This document shows, in pieces, positions 30,537-40,027 of a DNA stretch of 64,000 nt (positions are counted from its first letter, which is position 1; the number at the start of each line of letters is the position of its first letter). This DNA comes from Burkholderiales bacterium. Lineage in GTDB: Bacteria > Pseudomonadota > Gammaproteobacteria > Burkholderiales > SG8-39. Under the pieces are notes generated by a model. It had not been told where the DNA came from, did no database searches, and saw only the letters and a list, made by a program, of their open reading frames with translations. Location of the stretch: positions 1,146 through 65,145 of the forward strand of contig JBFWRS010000017.1 of NCBI GenBank assembly GCA_050248795.1, given 5' to 3'. The translations under genes were made by a program, and so were the position numbers.

Positions 30537-31321
30537 TGCGCCTGCGCGCCGCACGCGTTGCGGTGCTCGGCGCCGTGTTCGCCGCGGCACTTGCGGCACC
30601 GGCGCCCGCCTGGGCGATCTTCGGCGACGACGAGGCGCGCGCGCGCATCGACGCGCTGAGAAAAGAAGTCCAGGCGAGCCAGCGCGCCGTGGACGAACGC
30701 CTCGCCAAGCTGGAAGACCGCCGCGCGCTGCTGGACCTGGCGTCGCAGATCGAAGCGCTGAAAGCAGACATCGCCAAGCTGCGCGGACAGGTGGAAGTAC
30801 TGGTGAACCTGTCCGAGCAGGCGGAGAAGCGCCAGAAGGACCTGTACCTCGACATCGACACGCGCCTGAGGAAGCTCGAGCAGGTGCAGGAGGGCGCCGC
30901 CGCCGGCGGCACGCCACAGGCGGACGCGGGCATTCCCGCTGCGGAGACCAAGGCCTACGAAGCGGCGCTGAACCAGTTCAAGCTGGGCAACTACCCGATG
31001 GCGATTTCCGCGTTCCAGGGCTTCATGGTCACCTACCCCGGAAGCAAGCTCGCGCCCTCGGCACAGTACTGGATCGGCAATGCGCATTACGCGCGGCGCG
31101 ACTTCAAGCAGGCGATCGCCGCGCAGCAGCGCGTGGTGGCGCAATGGCCGGATGACCCCAAGGCGCCGGATGCGCTGCTGAACATGGCCTCGTCGCAGGA
31201 AGCAAGGGGCGACCGGCGCGGCGCGCGCAGCACGCTCGAAGCGCTGGTGACGAAGTACCCCGCGAGCCCCGCCGCGGCGAGCGCGAAGCAGCGGCTCGCG
31301 CAGTCGCCCGCCGGGCGTTGA
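30536..31321 (+). CDS. cpoB: cell division coordinator CpoB (YbgF)
   Basis: A signal peptide, a coiled-coil region and then a TPR-like C-terminus ([23 protein letters not shown]) are present. The gene follows pal with a TGATG overlap. Confidence 0.85.
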   Translation: MRLRAARVAVLGAVFAAALAAPAPAWAIFGDDEARARIDALRKEVQASQRAVDERLAKLEDRRALLDLASQIEALKADIAKLRGQVEVLVNLSEQAEKRQKDLYLDIDTRLRKLEQVQEGAAAGGTPQADAGIPAAETKAYEAALNQFKLGNYPMAISAFQGFMVTYPGSKLAPSAQYWIGNAHYARRDFKQAIAAQQRVVAQWPDDPKAPDALLNMASSQEARGDRRGARSTLEALVTKYPASPAAASAKQRLAQSPAGR

Positions 31322-32025
31322 CCCTTCCGGAAGCCGTGCACGCGCCTGCGCGCGCGGTCGTGCTGCTTTCGGGCGGCCTGGATTCCGCTACCACGCTGGC
31401 CTGGGCGCGCGCCAAGGGCTTCGACTGCTACGCGCTGTCGGTGGACTACGGTCAGCGCCACGCCGCTGAACTGCAGGCGGCGCGCCGCGTGGCGCAGCGT
31501 TTCGGCGCCACCCAGCACCGCATCATCAAGCTGGACCTCGCGCAGTTTGGCGGTTCGGCGCTGACCGATGCGGCGATCGCGGTGCCGCAGGACGGCACCA
31601 CCGACGGCATCCCGGTCACCTACGTGCCGGCGCGCAACACCATCCTCCTTTCGCTGGCGCTCGGCTGGGCCGAGGTGCTGGGCGCGCAGCACATCTACGT
31701 CGGCGCGAACGCGGTGGACTATTCCGGCTACCCGGACTGCCGACCGGAGTACCTGCGCGCATTCGAGGCGATGGCGAACCTGGCGACGAAGGCGGCGGTG
31801 GAAGGGCGGCGCATCGAGGTGCGCGGGCCGCTGGTGGACCTGCCCAAGGCCGCCATCGTCAAGCTGGCGCTCGAGCTCGGCGTCGACCCGGCCGAGACCT
31901 TGAGCTGCTACCAACCTGACGCCGCGGGCCGCGCCTGCGGTCGCTGCGATGCATGCCGCATCCGCCTTGCCGGGTTCGCTGCCGCAGGGGTGGAGGACCC
32001 TGCCAACTATATTAGTATCCCCTGA
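31318..32025 (+). CDS. queC: 7-cyano-7-deazaguanine synthase
   Basis: The PP-loop is [12 protein letters not shown] and the C-terminal Zn cysteine cluster is [10 protein letters not shown]. The start is uncertain, either TTG at 31318 or GTG at 31336. Confidence 0.9.
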   Translation: MTLPEAVHAPARAVVLLSGGLDSATTLAWARAKGFDCYALSVDYGQRHAAELQAARRVAQRFGATQHRIIKLDLAQFGGSALTDAAIAVPQDGTTDGIPVTYVPARNTILLSLALGWAEVLGAQHIYVGANAVDYSGYPDCRPEYLRAFEAMANLATKAAVEGRRIEVRGPLVDLPKAAIVKLALELGVDPAETLSCYQPDAAGRACGRCDACRIRLAGFAAAGVEDPANYISIP

Positions 32026-32037
32026 TGCAATTACGGT

Positions 32038-32060
32038 ACAAGAGGGCTCCGCCCTCTTGT
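32038..32060 (+). terminator. hairpin between queC and yeeE-like gene
   Basis: ACAAGAGGGC-tcc-GCCCTCTTGT forms a 10-bp perfect stem 12 nt after the queC stop. No T-tract follows, so its role as terminator or leader structure is open. Confidence 0.35.
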
Positions 32061-32080
32061 AACTCCCGGAAGCCAGACAG

Positions 32081-33202
32081 ATGCCAAGTGAAATTACTCC
32101 AGAACAGATCGCGCCGTACGTCGCCGGCGGCGCATTCCTGCTCGCGTTCATCTTCGGCGCCGTGGGCAACAAGACCAACTTCTGCACCATGGGCGCGGTG
32201 TCCGACTGGGTGAACATGGGCGACAAGGGCCGGCTGCGCATGTGGCTGCTGGCGATCGCGGTGGCGATCCTCGGCGCGAACGCGCTGCACCTGGCGGGCG
32301 TGGTCGACCTGGGCAAGTCGATCTACACCGCGCCGAATTTCACCTGGCTGTCGTACATCGTCGGCGGCTTCGTGTTCGGCATCGGCATGACGCTGGGTTC
32401 GGGCTGCGGCTCGAAGACGCTGATCCGCATCGGCGCCGGCAACCTGAAGTCGATCGTGGTGTTCGTGTTCCTCGGCATCGCCGCGTACATGACGCTGCGC
32501 GGCCTGTTCGGCGCGTTCCGCGTCGAGGTGCTCGAGAAGGCGGCGGTCACGCTCGCGGGCAGCCAGGACCTGCCCTCGATCCTCGTGCGGCTCGCGGGCG
32601 GCGCGCGCGAGACCTGGATCTGGGTGCTGTCTCTGGGCATCGCCGGCGGACTGCTCGCCTACATCTATGCGTCGAAGGAGTTCCGCGAGAACTTCGACTT
32701 CACGCTCGGCGGCGTGGTCACCGGACTGGTGGTGGTGGGCGGCTGGTACGTCTCCGGCAGGATCGGCTACCTGGCCGAGGACCCGCAGACGCTGCAGGAG
32801 GCCTTCGTCGCCACCAATACCGGCCGCATGGAGTCGTTTTCCTTCGTCGCGCCGATGGCCTTCAGCCTCGAATACCTGATGCTGTGGACCGACAAGTCGA
32901 AGATCATCACCTACGGCATCGCTTCCGCCGCCGGCGTGATCGCGGGCTCGGCGGCCTGGGCGCTGGCGACGAAGAGCTTTCGCTGGGAGGGTTTCCGCGA
33001 CGCCGAGGACACCGCGATGCACATGCTGGGCGGCATCCTGATGGGCTTTGGCGGCATCACGGCGCTGGGCTGCACCGTGGGGCAGGGAATCTCGGGCTTT
33101 TCGACCCTCGCGGTCGGGTCGATGCTCACCTTCGTGTCCCTGATCGCCGGCGCCGCGGCAACGATGAAGTGGCAATACTGGCGAATGATGCGCGAAGCCT
33201 GA
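32081..33202 (+). CDS. YeeE/YedE-family sulfur-compound (thiosulfate-type) transporter
   Basis: The protein is polytopic with the characteristic Cys-containing repeated motifs FCTMGA, GSGCGSK and ALGCTVGQG. Confidence 0.75.
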   Translation: MPSEITPEQIAPYVAGGAFLLAFIFGAVGNKTNFCTMGAVSDWVNMGDKGRLRMWLLAIAVAILGANALHLAGVVDLGKSIYTAPNFTWLSYIVGGFVFGIGMTLGSGCGSKTLIRIGAGNLKSIVVFVFLGIAAYMTLRGLFGAFRVEVLEKAAVTLAGSQDLPSILVRLAGGARETWIWVLSLGIAGGLLAYIYASKEFRENFDFTLGGVVTGLVVVGGWYVSGRIGYLAEDPQTLQEAFVATNTGRMESFSFVAPMAFSLEYLMLWTDKSKIITYGIASAAGVIAGSAAWALATKSFRWEGFRDAEDTAMHMLGGILMGFGGITALGCTVGQGISGFSTLAVGSMLTFVSLIAGAAATMKWQYWRMMREA

Positions 33203-33237
33203 TAAAATTCGCGCCTTTTCCGCGCCATTCAATCCTT

Positions 33238-33313
33238 GGGTCGTTAGCTCAGCTGGTAGAGCAGCGGACTTTTAATCCGTTGGTCGGCGGTTCGAATCCG
33301 CCACGACCTACCA
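33238..33313 (+). tRNA. tRNA-Lys (anticodon UUU)
   Basis: The 76-nt sequence folds as a cloverleaf. The acceptor stem is GGGTCGT/ACGACCT with a G-U at pair 1-72. AGCTCAGCTGGTAGAGC forms the D arm. The anticodon loop is cggaCTTTTAAtccg, GGTTCGAATCC forms the T arm, and a 3' CCA is encoded. Confidence 0.95.
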
Positions 33314-33321
33314 AATACTTG

Positions 33322-33355
33322 AAGCCCTTAGCGTGAGCTAGGGGCTTTTTCTTTG
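33322..33355 (+). terminator. rho-independent terminator after tRNA-Lys (overlaps the 3' end of the convergent regulator gene)
   Basis: AAGCCCTTAGC-gtga-GCTAGGGGCTT forms an 11-bp stem with one G-U pair, followed by TTTTTCTTT. The TAA stop of the minus-strand CDS (33328-33330) lies inside the stem. Confidence 0.7.
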
Positions 33356-34911
33356 GCGCGCTTGGCGACGCTGATGATCTCCTTGCGCACGTCGGTGATG
33401 TCGCGTGCGCGCGAGGCGCTGGCGCCGTCGCAGTGCTCGTGCCTCGGGCAGTGCGTGCTGCGTGGGCAGATGATGCGCGCGGGGTTGGCCAGCGCGTCGT
33501 TGACCCAGGCGATGTTCAGCACCGTGGCTGCGGCGCGGATGGCGTCGGCGGCGGCCTTCGGGATCCTTGCCTCGCCGTGATGCGCCATGCAGGCCTCGCC
33601 GATGCCGGCGACGACCTCCTCGGGATCGACGCTGTGCGAGCGTAGCGCCGGCGCGAGGTCCACGCCCACCGACAGCACGTGCGGGTTGCCGGCCATGTCC
33701 CTGGTGCGGCGCGAATGGCAGCAGTAAAGCAGCGACCGTTCGCCGTCGCGCAGCACCGAAATCTGCGAGCCGCGGTCCGGGCCGTGCTTTTCGTCCAGCA
33801 TGCGGAACACCGCCCAGTGCGGGCAGGGGTCGGTGACCTGCGCCATGTTTCCCCAGGGTAGCGGGATGCCATTGCCGCGGTAAACCGCGCGCAGGTAGCC
33901 GGGCGGGTAGGCGTCGAAATAGTGCCAGTAGGGATAGGGCGACACCTTGGTCATGCGCCGCATCACCACCGCGGGCGTCAGCTCGATCTTCTCGCCCGCC
34001 TCGACGCGGTACGACTCGCGCGTGAGGAACCTGCGGAACGGCACCTTGGGGCACAACAGCGCACCGGCGAAGAAGCTGCATTCGAAGTCGCGCCAGGCGT
34101 GCAGCACGTCCTGCGCGCTCATGCCTGCGGCGAGCTCCGCGCCCTCCGGGCTGCCGCCCATCTCGCCGCCGGTGGCGTGCGCGGACTTCAGCCCGTCGCC
34201 GTCGTGCAGCACCTTGTGCGCGAGGTGCGAGGCGAGGTCGAACTTCAGCCGCGCCGGGTCGTCCTGCAGCTCGCGATTCAGGTACACGGTGCGCGGCGAC
34301 TCGAAGAACGAGCGCACCATGCTGCGCAGCTCGCGGTCCTTGTCGCGCGCCAGCACCGGCTTGCGGTCGAACCAGCGCAGGGTGAGGCCGTGGTGCTTGC
34401 ACAGGCGCGTCAGGTCGTCGACGTCCAGCGGGAACCTGCGCTCGCCGATGCGCTCGGCGGCGCGCTCCAGGTCCGGGAAGTCGTTGCGCGACATCTCCTG
34501 GTGCGAGCGGATCAGCAGGTGCGCGAACTGCCGCCCGGTGGTGCCGGTCTGCGCAAGGAGCTCGGGGATCGCCGCCTGCAGCAGTTCCTTCGAGAAGAGG
34601 AACGCCGGCTCCAGCGGCACCCCGGCCGCGCCGCCGGCCTGCGGTGCCGTCGCGACCGGCTCGATGTCCGGATTGCCGTCGAGAAACCAGCCGGGTTCGC
34701 GCTGGAACAGCTTCGACAAGAGGCCGAGCACCTCGTCCGAGGGCACGCGCTTGCCGCTCTCGATCATGCTCAGGTACGACACCGACGGCGCGCCCTGCGA
34801 ATCCAGCTGGGCGCAGCGCGCCGACAGTTCCTCCAGCGTCAGGCCGTTGCGCTTGCGCAGCGCGCGCAGCTTGGTGCCGAGGAAGTGGCTCTTGCGGGTG
34901 TGCAGGGTCAT
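33328..34911 (-). CDS. XRE-family HTH regulator with an ImmA/IrrE-like (DUF955) domain and a Cys-rich C-terminal domain; ScfR/PrpR/RamB-like
   Basis: The N-terminal HTH is LGTKLRALRKRNGLTLEELSARC...YLSMIESGKR and the central region carries HLAHKVLH. The C-terminal cysteines are LLYCCHS and ICPRSTHCPRHEHC. I chose the ATG at 34911 (MTLHTRK). The upstream 69 codons of the ORF cross the AT-rich promoter region. Confidence 0.6.
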   Translation of the reverse strand: MTLHTRKSHFLGTKLRALRKRNGLTLEELSARCAQLDSQGAPSVSYLSMIESGKRVPSDEVLGLLSKLFQREPGWFLDGNPDIEPVATAPQAGGAAGVPLEPAFLFSKELLQAAIPELLAQTGTTGRQFAHLLIRSHQEMSRNDFPDLERAAERIGERRFPLDVDDLTRLCKHHGLTLRWFDRKPVLARDKDRELRSMVRSFFESPRTVYLNRELQDDPARLKFDLASHLAHKVLHDGDGLKSAHATGGEMGGSPEGAELAAGMSAQDVLHAWRDFECSFFAGALLCPKVPFRRFLTRESYRVEAGEKIELTPAVVMRRMTKVSPYPYWHYFDAYPPGYLRAVYRGNGIPLPWGNMAQVTDPCPHWAVFRMLDEKHGPDRGSQISVLRDGERSLLYCCHSRRTRDMAGNPHVLSVGVDLAPALRSHSVDPEEVVAGIGEACMAHHGEARIPKAAADAIRAAATVLNIAWVNDALANPARIICPRSTHCPRHEHCDGASASRARDITDVRKEIISVAKRAKEKAPSSR

Positions 34912-34930
34912 GGCCCGGGTGAATTCCGTG

Positions 34931-34972
34931 TGTGAAATTAACAATGTGAAATTTCTAATGTCAAATTTACCA
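34931..34972. repeat. three tandem 14-bp direct repeats (candidate operator)
   Basis: The three units are TGTGAAATTAACAA, TGTGAAATTTCTAA and TGTCAAATTTACCA, starting at 34931, 34945 and 34959, exactly 14 bp apart. They lie in the only AT-rich stretch of the window. Confidence 0.8.
34936..34964 (-). promoter_or_regulatory. sigma70-like promoter for the XRE/ScfR-like regulator
   Basis: The minus strand reads TTGACA (34964-34959), a 17-nt spacer, then TTAATT (34941-34936). The promoter lies entirely within the 14-bp repeats, about 25 nt upstream of the ATG at 34911. Confidence 0.55.
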
Positions 34973-35043
34973 CTATTCGGTGCCCATAATGCCTCGTGAC
35001 CGCGCCTGTGCCGGTCGCGCCTGCACCGGATGGAGGGTTCGAC

Positions 35044-36105
35044 ATGAAGCACGACATTCTCGTTCTGGGGGCCTCGTACGGTTCCCTGCTCGGCACCAAG
35101 CTGCTGATGGCCGGGCACCGCGTCACGCTGGTCTGTACCGCGGCAACCGCCGAACTGATCAACCGCGAAGGCACGCGGGTGCGCTTTCCGCTGCGCGGCC
35201 GCGACGGGCTGCTGGAAGTCGCGTCCGGATCGCTGCCGGGCGAGCTATGCGCAGCCGCGCCCGAAGCGGTGGACCCGCAGGACTACGACCTCGTCGTGCT
35301 CGGCATGCAGGAGGCGCAGTACGCCGGCGCCGGTGTGCGCGAGCTGATGGGCCGCATCGCCCGCGCGCGCAAGCCCTGCCTCGCCATCATGAACATGCCG
35401 CCGCTGCCCTACCTCGCGCGCATCCCGGGGCTGGCGACGCAGGCGCTGGAAGGCTGCTATGCCGATCCGGGGGTATGGGCGGACTTCGACCCGGCGATGA
35501 TCACGCTGGCGAGCCCGGATCCGCAGGCATTCCGGCCCCCGGGTGAGCCGAAGAACGTGCTGCAGGTCGGCTTGCCCACCAACTTCAAGGCGGCGAGGTT
35601 CGATGGCGAGGCGCCCACCGCGCTCTTGCGCGAGCTCGAAGCGGACATCGACGCGGCACGGCTGCACATGGGCGACGAGGAAATCGAGATCCCGGTGAAA
35701 CTGAAAGTGCACGAATCGGTGTTCGTGCCGCTGGCCAAATGGCCGATGCTGATCGCCGGCAACTACCGCTGCATCCGCGCCGACGAGATGATCCCGATCA
35801 AGGAGGCGGTGCATGGCAACGTCGCCAAGTCCCGCGAAGTCTACGACTGGGTGGCGAAGCTGTGCGGCAGGCTGGGCGCCGAGGCGGCCGACCTGGTGCC
35901 GTTCGACAAGTACGCCAAGGCCGCCGAGGGCCTGGGCAAGCCCTCGTCCGCCGCGCGCGCGCTGTTCTCCGGCGCGCAGCACATCGAGCGCGTGGACAGC
36001 CTGGTGCGCGGCATCGCTCGCCACCTGGGGCTGCACTCCGACGCGCTGCACGAGATCGTCACGCTGGTGGACGAGCGCCTGGGGCGCAACCGCCTGGCGC
36101 GCTGA
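35044..36105 (+). CDS. ketopantoate reductase (PanE/ApbA)-like NAD(P)-binding oxidoreductase
   Basis: A ggaggg RBS precedes MKHDILVLGASYGSLLGTKLLMAGHRV (Rossmann fold). The C-terminal region, GKPSSAARALFSGAQHIERVDSLVRGIA, resembles the PanE C-domain. The gene is divergent from the regulator. Confidence 0.5.
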   Translation: MKHDILVLGASYGSLLGTKLLMAGHRVTLVCTAATAELINREGTRVRFPLRGRDGLLEVASGSLPGELCAAAPEAVDPQDYDLVVLGMQEAQYAGAGVRELMGRIARARKPCLAIMNMPPLPYLARIPGLATQALEGCYADPGVWADFDPAMITLASPDPQAFRPPGEPKNVLQVGLPTNFKAARFDGEAPTALLRELEADIDAARLHMGDEEIEIPVKLKVHESVFVPLAKWPMLIAGNYRCIRADEMIPIKEAVHGNVAKSREVYDWVAKLCGRLGAEAADLVPFDKYAKAAEGLGKPSSAARALFSGAQHIERVDSLVRGIARHLGLHSDALHEIVTLVDERLGRNRLAR

Positions 36106-36117
36106 ACGGGGCGCCGA

Positions 36118-36873
36118 TCAGGCTTCGCCGGCATCTTCGCCGGCGGGCGCCTCGTCGATCGGCTGCGTCAGTTCCGGCCCGTGGTTGCGCGCGCTGTTGA
36201 CGCGCTTGTCGACGCGGTGCGCGCGCACCGCGTCGGCGGGCACCGGCTGCAGCAGCTCGCGTACCGCTTGCGCATCGGTCAACGCGGGGTCCAGCCAGGC
36301 GTCCTGGTTCGCGGCGGGCAGCGGGAACGGCATGCGGTCGTGGAAGCGGCCCACGGTTTCGTTCGCCGGCCCGGTGATGATGGCGCAGGATTCGACGACG
36401 CTGCCTTCGCGTTCCCAGCGGTCCCACACGCCGGCGAGCAGAGCGGTTTCGCCGCCCCGCGGATAAACGAACCACGGCAGGTTGCCGCTCGTCAGTTCCT
36501 GCCATTCGTACCAGCCGCTGGCGGGAACCAGGCAGCGGCGCCGCCTGAACGGCAGGCGGAAGCTCGCCGCGTCGGCGACGCCTTCGACGCGCGCGATGAA
36601 GCTGGTGAAGCGCACGCGCGGCTCTTTCGACCAGTGGGGCAGCAACCACCATTGCATGGGCACGATCTCGGGCACGCCGCCGGCAGCGGCGCGCACCACC
36701 GGCACATAGTTGGCCGGATTGCCCTGCTGCGGGGCGATGTTGTAGCGCGGCGGGAAGCTTTCCAGGTAGCGCTCGACGAAGCGCCGGATCAGCGCCTCCG
36801 CGCCGTCGTCGAGCGCCGACTTTTCCTGCCGCGACATCGACTTCGGCCCGTAGAGCGCATAGCGTCCGCACAT
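36118..36873 (-). CDS. SOS response-associated peptidase (SRAP/YedK, abasic-site DNA-protein crosslink family)
   Basis: MCGRYALYGP has the catalytic Cys2, and the motifs NIAPQQ and ASGWYEWQ are present. Confidence 0.85.
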   Translation of the reverse strand: MCGRYALYGPKSMSRQEKSALDDGAEALIRRFVERYLESFPPRYNIAPQQGNPANYVPVVRAAAGGVPEIVPMQWWLLPHWSKEPRVRFTSFIARVEGVADAASFRLPFRRRRCLVPASGWYEWQELTSGNLPWFVYPRGGETALLAGVWDRWEREGSVVESCAIITGPANETVGRFHDRMPFPLPAANQDAWLDPALTDAQAVRELLQPVPADAVRAHRVDKRVNSARNHGPELTQPIDEAPAGEDAGEA

Positions 36874-36931
36874 GCCGCGATGATAGCGGGGCGGCCTGCG
36901 GCAGGGTCGGCCCTACGGTAGAGTCCGCCCT

Positions 36932-38086
36932 GTGACGAGCGTTGCCCGCAAGATTGCGCTGCTGGTGCCAGAGCTTCCCACGCGGGAGGAGCTGGCGCCT
37001 TACCTCGATCGCATCGACGAATCGCACTGGTACACCAACTTCGGCCCGCTGGTGCGCGAACTCGAAGCAGCGATGGCCGTGCAGTTCTCCACCGGTGCGT
37101 CGGCGACGCAGCACGTGGTATCGGTGAGCAATGCCACGCTGGGGCTGGAACTGGCGATCCTCGCGCTGGAGTTGCCGGCGGGTAGCCGGGTGCTGGTGCC
37201 GGCGCTGACCTTCGTTGCCTCCGCCGCCGCGGTGATGCGCGCCGGCTGCGTGCCGGTGTTCTGCGACGTCGAGCCCGACACCTGGCTGCTGTCGCCACGC
37301 ATCGCCGAGGACGCGCTCAAGCGCGTGCGCTTCGATGCGGTGATGCCGGTGTCGACCTACGGCTGCCCGCAGCAGATGCCGGCGTGGGACGCGTTTGCCG
37401 AGCGCACCGGCATCCCGGTAGTGGTCGATGCCGCCGGCGCCTATGGCAACCAGCACGCGTCCGCGCGCTGCATCATCGTCTACAGCCTGCACGCCACCAA
37501 GGCACTGGCGGCGGCAGAAGGCGGGCTGGTGGTCAGCGCAGACGCGGCGTACGTCGAGCGGGTGAGGATACTGAGCAATTTCGGCATCGACCTGTCGACG
37601 GTATCCGAAGCCACCGCGGGTTCCACCGGCCTGGTCGGCTCGGCGGGCACCAACGGCAAGCTTTCCGAATATCACGCCGCGCTCGCGCTGGCGGCGCTGG
37701 CGCGCTGGCAGGCGACCTCGGCTCGGCGCATTGCGCTGCATGCGACGTATCTCGAGCAGCTGGCCGCGCAGTGCCCTTCGCTCATGCTGCAGGCGCGCCC
37801 GGCCGACGGCGTCTACTCCATCCTGCCGGTGCTGGTGCCGCCAGGGCGCAAGGCCGCCGATGCCTGGCGCGCGCTGCGCGAGCAGGGCATCGAAACTCGC
37901 CGCTGGTACTGCCCGCCGCTGCCTGAGCACCCGGCGTTCGCAGCGATGCCTGTCGCCGACCGGCTGGAAGTTGCGCAGGCGGTGGGCGAGCGGTTGATCG
38001 CGTTGCCGTTTCACGCCCGGCTTGCGGAGGGCGATCCTGCGGCGGTGTGCAGCGCGCTCGCAGGCTGGCTTGGCCGTTTCCGCTAG
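36932..38086 (+). CDS. DegT/DnrJ/EryC1/StrS-family PLP-dependent sugar aminotransferase
   Basis: The family layout is present: PYLDRIDESHWYTNFGPLVRELE, VLVPALTF, and YSLHATKALAAAEGG with the PLP lysine. The start is a GTG. Confidence 0.8.
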   Translation: MTSVARKIALLVPELPTREELAPYLDRIDESHWYTNFGPLVRELEAAMAVQFSTGASATQHVVSVSNATLGLELAILALELPAGSRVLVPALTFVASAAAVMRAGCVPVFCDVEPDTWLLSPRIAEDALKRVRFDAVMPVSTYGCPQQMPAWDAFAERTGIPVVVDAAGAYGNQHASARCIIVYSLHATKALAAAEGGLVVSADAAYVERVRILSNFGIDLSTVSEATAGSTGLVGSAGTNGKLSEYHAALALAALARWQATSARRIALHATYLEQLAAQCPSLMLQARPADGVYSILPVLVPPGRKAADAWRALREQGIETRRWYCPPLPEHPAFAAMPVADRLEVAQAVGERLIALPFHARLAEGDPAAVCSALAGWLGRFR

Positions 38087-38096
38087 ACTTCGCCGC

Positions 38097-40019
38097 GTGA
38101 GCGCACCCGCGAAGAAGGTCACGCCACCGACTGTCACGGTGGAGAACGTGCAGCTCGAGCGTTTCGAGACTCTGGTCTATTCGCGCCAGTACGAAGAGGC
38201 CGGGCGCGAGCTGCTGGGCAACCTCAAGCGCCTCAAGGTCGGCGGCGAGTTCGCCGGGCACGCCATGAGCGACGACACGCGCCCGCGCCTTTACTCCAGG
38301 TTCGCGGCGGCGATCACGGCGCTGATGGCCGACCCCGCGTTCCAGCTTTCGCAGGAAGGCTTCGACCTGCTGGCGGTCGAGCACGCGACGTTCCATGCGG
38401 TGTTCGCGGCCAGCGCTTTCGGCAACGCCGACCACCTGCTGCGCCAGTTCGGCCAGGTGGACGAAACGGACCACGGCAAGCTGCATTTCAGCAGCCCGCA
38501 GAACATCGTCAAGCTGCTGCTTGCGTACTCGCTGGATTCCGAACTCGACATCGACTTCGAGTCCGTGTTTCGCACCGCGCCGCGCCTGGCGCTGCCGGCG
38601 TTCCTCGGCATGCTGGCGCACATCGTGGTGCTGTCGCCGCGCGCGCATGCACGGCGCGAGAAACTGCTGACGCTCGGGCCGCTGTTCGAGCAGGTGGAGT
38701 TGCGCGAACACATGCTTGCGGCCATGTCGGATGCTTACATGTACTGCAGCTACGCCACGGCCGAGACCAAGCACGAGATGAAGCGTTCCTTCAACGCGAT
38801 GACGCGGCGCCTCATCGAGACGAGGATCAGCCTGCCGGCCATGCCCGCGGAGCGCAGGCTGAAGAAGCGCCCGACGATACTGGTGCCGATCGAGTGGTTC
38901 ACCTCGCTGCATGCGATGTACCGCTGTTACGCACCCTCGATCAGGCAGCTTCGGGAGAGGTTCAGGCTGGTCATGATCGGCCGGACTTCCGAAATGGACG
39001 AGGTGTCCAAGGAACTTTTCGACGAGACCATAGAACTGTCCGGTTCGAACGTTGCGCTGGCCGATGTCGTCGATCGCGTCACGAAGGTCAAGCCGGATGT
39101 CATTTTCTATCCGAGCGTGGGCATGGCGACCTGGTGGGTCGCGCTGTCCTCGGTCCGGTTGGCGCCTGTCCAGGTCGCGACCGTCGGCCATCCCGCGACC
39201 ACCCAGTCGGCGAACATCGACTACGTCCTTGTCGACGGGCTGTGGCCCGGTGACCCAAGCTGCTTCAGCGAGACGGTGGTCGTTCAGCGACCAGGCAGCA
39301 CCGCGTTCATCATGCGCGAGGACGCGTCGTTTCCGGAGCCGCAACTGCGCGAGCATCCGGCCGTGCTTCGCCTGGCGGTACCGGCGATGGCGTGCAAGAT
39401 CAACGCGCCGTTCCTGGAATGTTGCGTGGGGATCGCGCGCAAGGCCAGGCGGCCGCTCGAGTTCCACTTCTTCCCGAACATGATCGGCCTGACGCACTTC
39501 CAGATATCGCGCGAGATCCGGAAATGGCTGCCGAACGCGATCGTGCATCCGCGCAGCGACTACAACACCTACCTCGGGAACATGGCGCAGTGCGACGTGC
39601 ACCTGTCGACGTTTCCGTTCGGCGGGACCAACAGCAACATCGACTCGATGCGGCTCGGGATCCCGATGCTGACGCTGGAAGGACTGGAGGTGCACAGCCA
39701 GACCGACTCCGGGATGATGCGCCGCGTCGGCCTGCCGGAATGGCTGATTACGTACCACGCCGCGGAGTACGAGCGCGCCGCGCTGCGGCTCATCGCCAAC
39801 GACGCGGAACGAACCGGAATCGCGCGGCAGCTCATCGGCACCGACGTGTTCGCGCACTTCATGCGCGTGCCGGCGGACGTGCCCGAGACCGAGTTCCTCG
39901 ACGCCATGTGGTTCATCTACCGCAAGCACGAGAAGATCCAGGCGAGCGGAAGCCGCTACTGGCCGGTAGCCGCGCGGGAAGCGTTCGAGCGCGAGCCGGT
40001 GGCGGCCGGGTCGCGTTGA
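38097..40019 (+). CDS. GT41-family glycosyltransferase, HMW1C/NGT-like (non-TPR all-alpha N-terminal domain plus OGT/SPINDLY-type catalytic C-terminus)
   Basis: The C-terminal signature is VATVGHPATTQSANIDYVLVDG ... CDVHLSTFPFGGTNSNIDSMRLGIPMLTLEGLEVHSQTDSGMMRRVGLPEWLITYHAAEYERAALRL. The N-terminal 300 aa or so are helical with no obvious TPR periodicity. The GTG start is 10 nt after the DegT stop. Confidence 0.6.
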   Translation: MSAPAKKVTPPTVTVENVQLERFETLVYSRQYEEAGRELLGNLKRLKVGGEFAGHAMSDDTRPRLYSRFAAAITALMADPAFQLSQEGFDLLAVEHATFHAVFAASAFGNADHLLRQFGQVDETDHGKLHFSSPQNIVKLLLAYSLDSELDIDFESVFRTAPRLALPAFLGMLAHIVVLSPRAHARREKLLTLGPLFEQVELREHMLAAMSDAYMYCSYATAETKHEMKRSFNAMTRRLIETRISLPAMPAERRLKKRPTILVPIEWFTSLHAMYRCYAPSIRQLRERFRLVMIGRTSEMDEVSKELFDETIELSGSNVALADVVDRVTKVKPDVIFYPSVGMATWWVALSSVRLAPVQVATVGHPATTQSANIDYVLVDGLWPGDPSCFSETVVVQRPGSTAFIMREDASFPEPQLREHPAVLRLAVPAMACKINAPFLECCVGIARKARRPLEFHFFPNMIGLTHFQISREIRKWLPNAIVHPRSDYNTYLGNMAQCDVHLSTFPFGGTNSNIDSMRLGIPMLTLEGLEVHSQTDSGMMRRVGLPEWLITYHAAEYERAALRLIANDAERTGIARQLIGTDVFAHFMRVPADVPETEFLDAMWFIYRKHEKIQASGSRYWPVAAREAFEREPVAAGSR

Positions 40020-40027
40020 GCACCGGC

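Noticed and set aside
37782-39929. A 715-aa minus-strand ORF antisense to the GT41 gene.
   Set aside because: Its composition is junk, whereas the plus strand has the GT41 signature and operon-consistent spacing.
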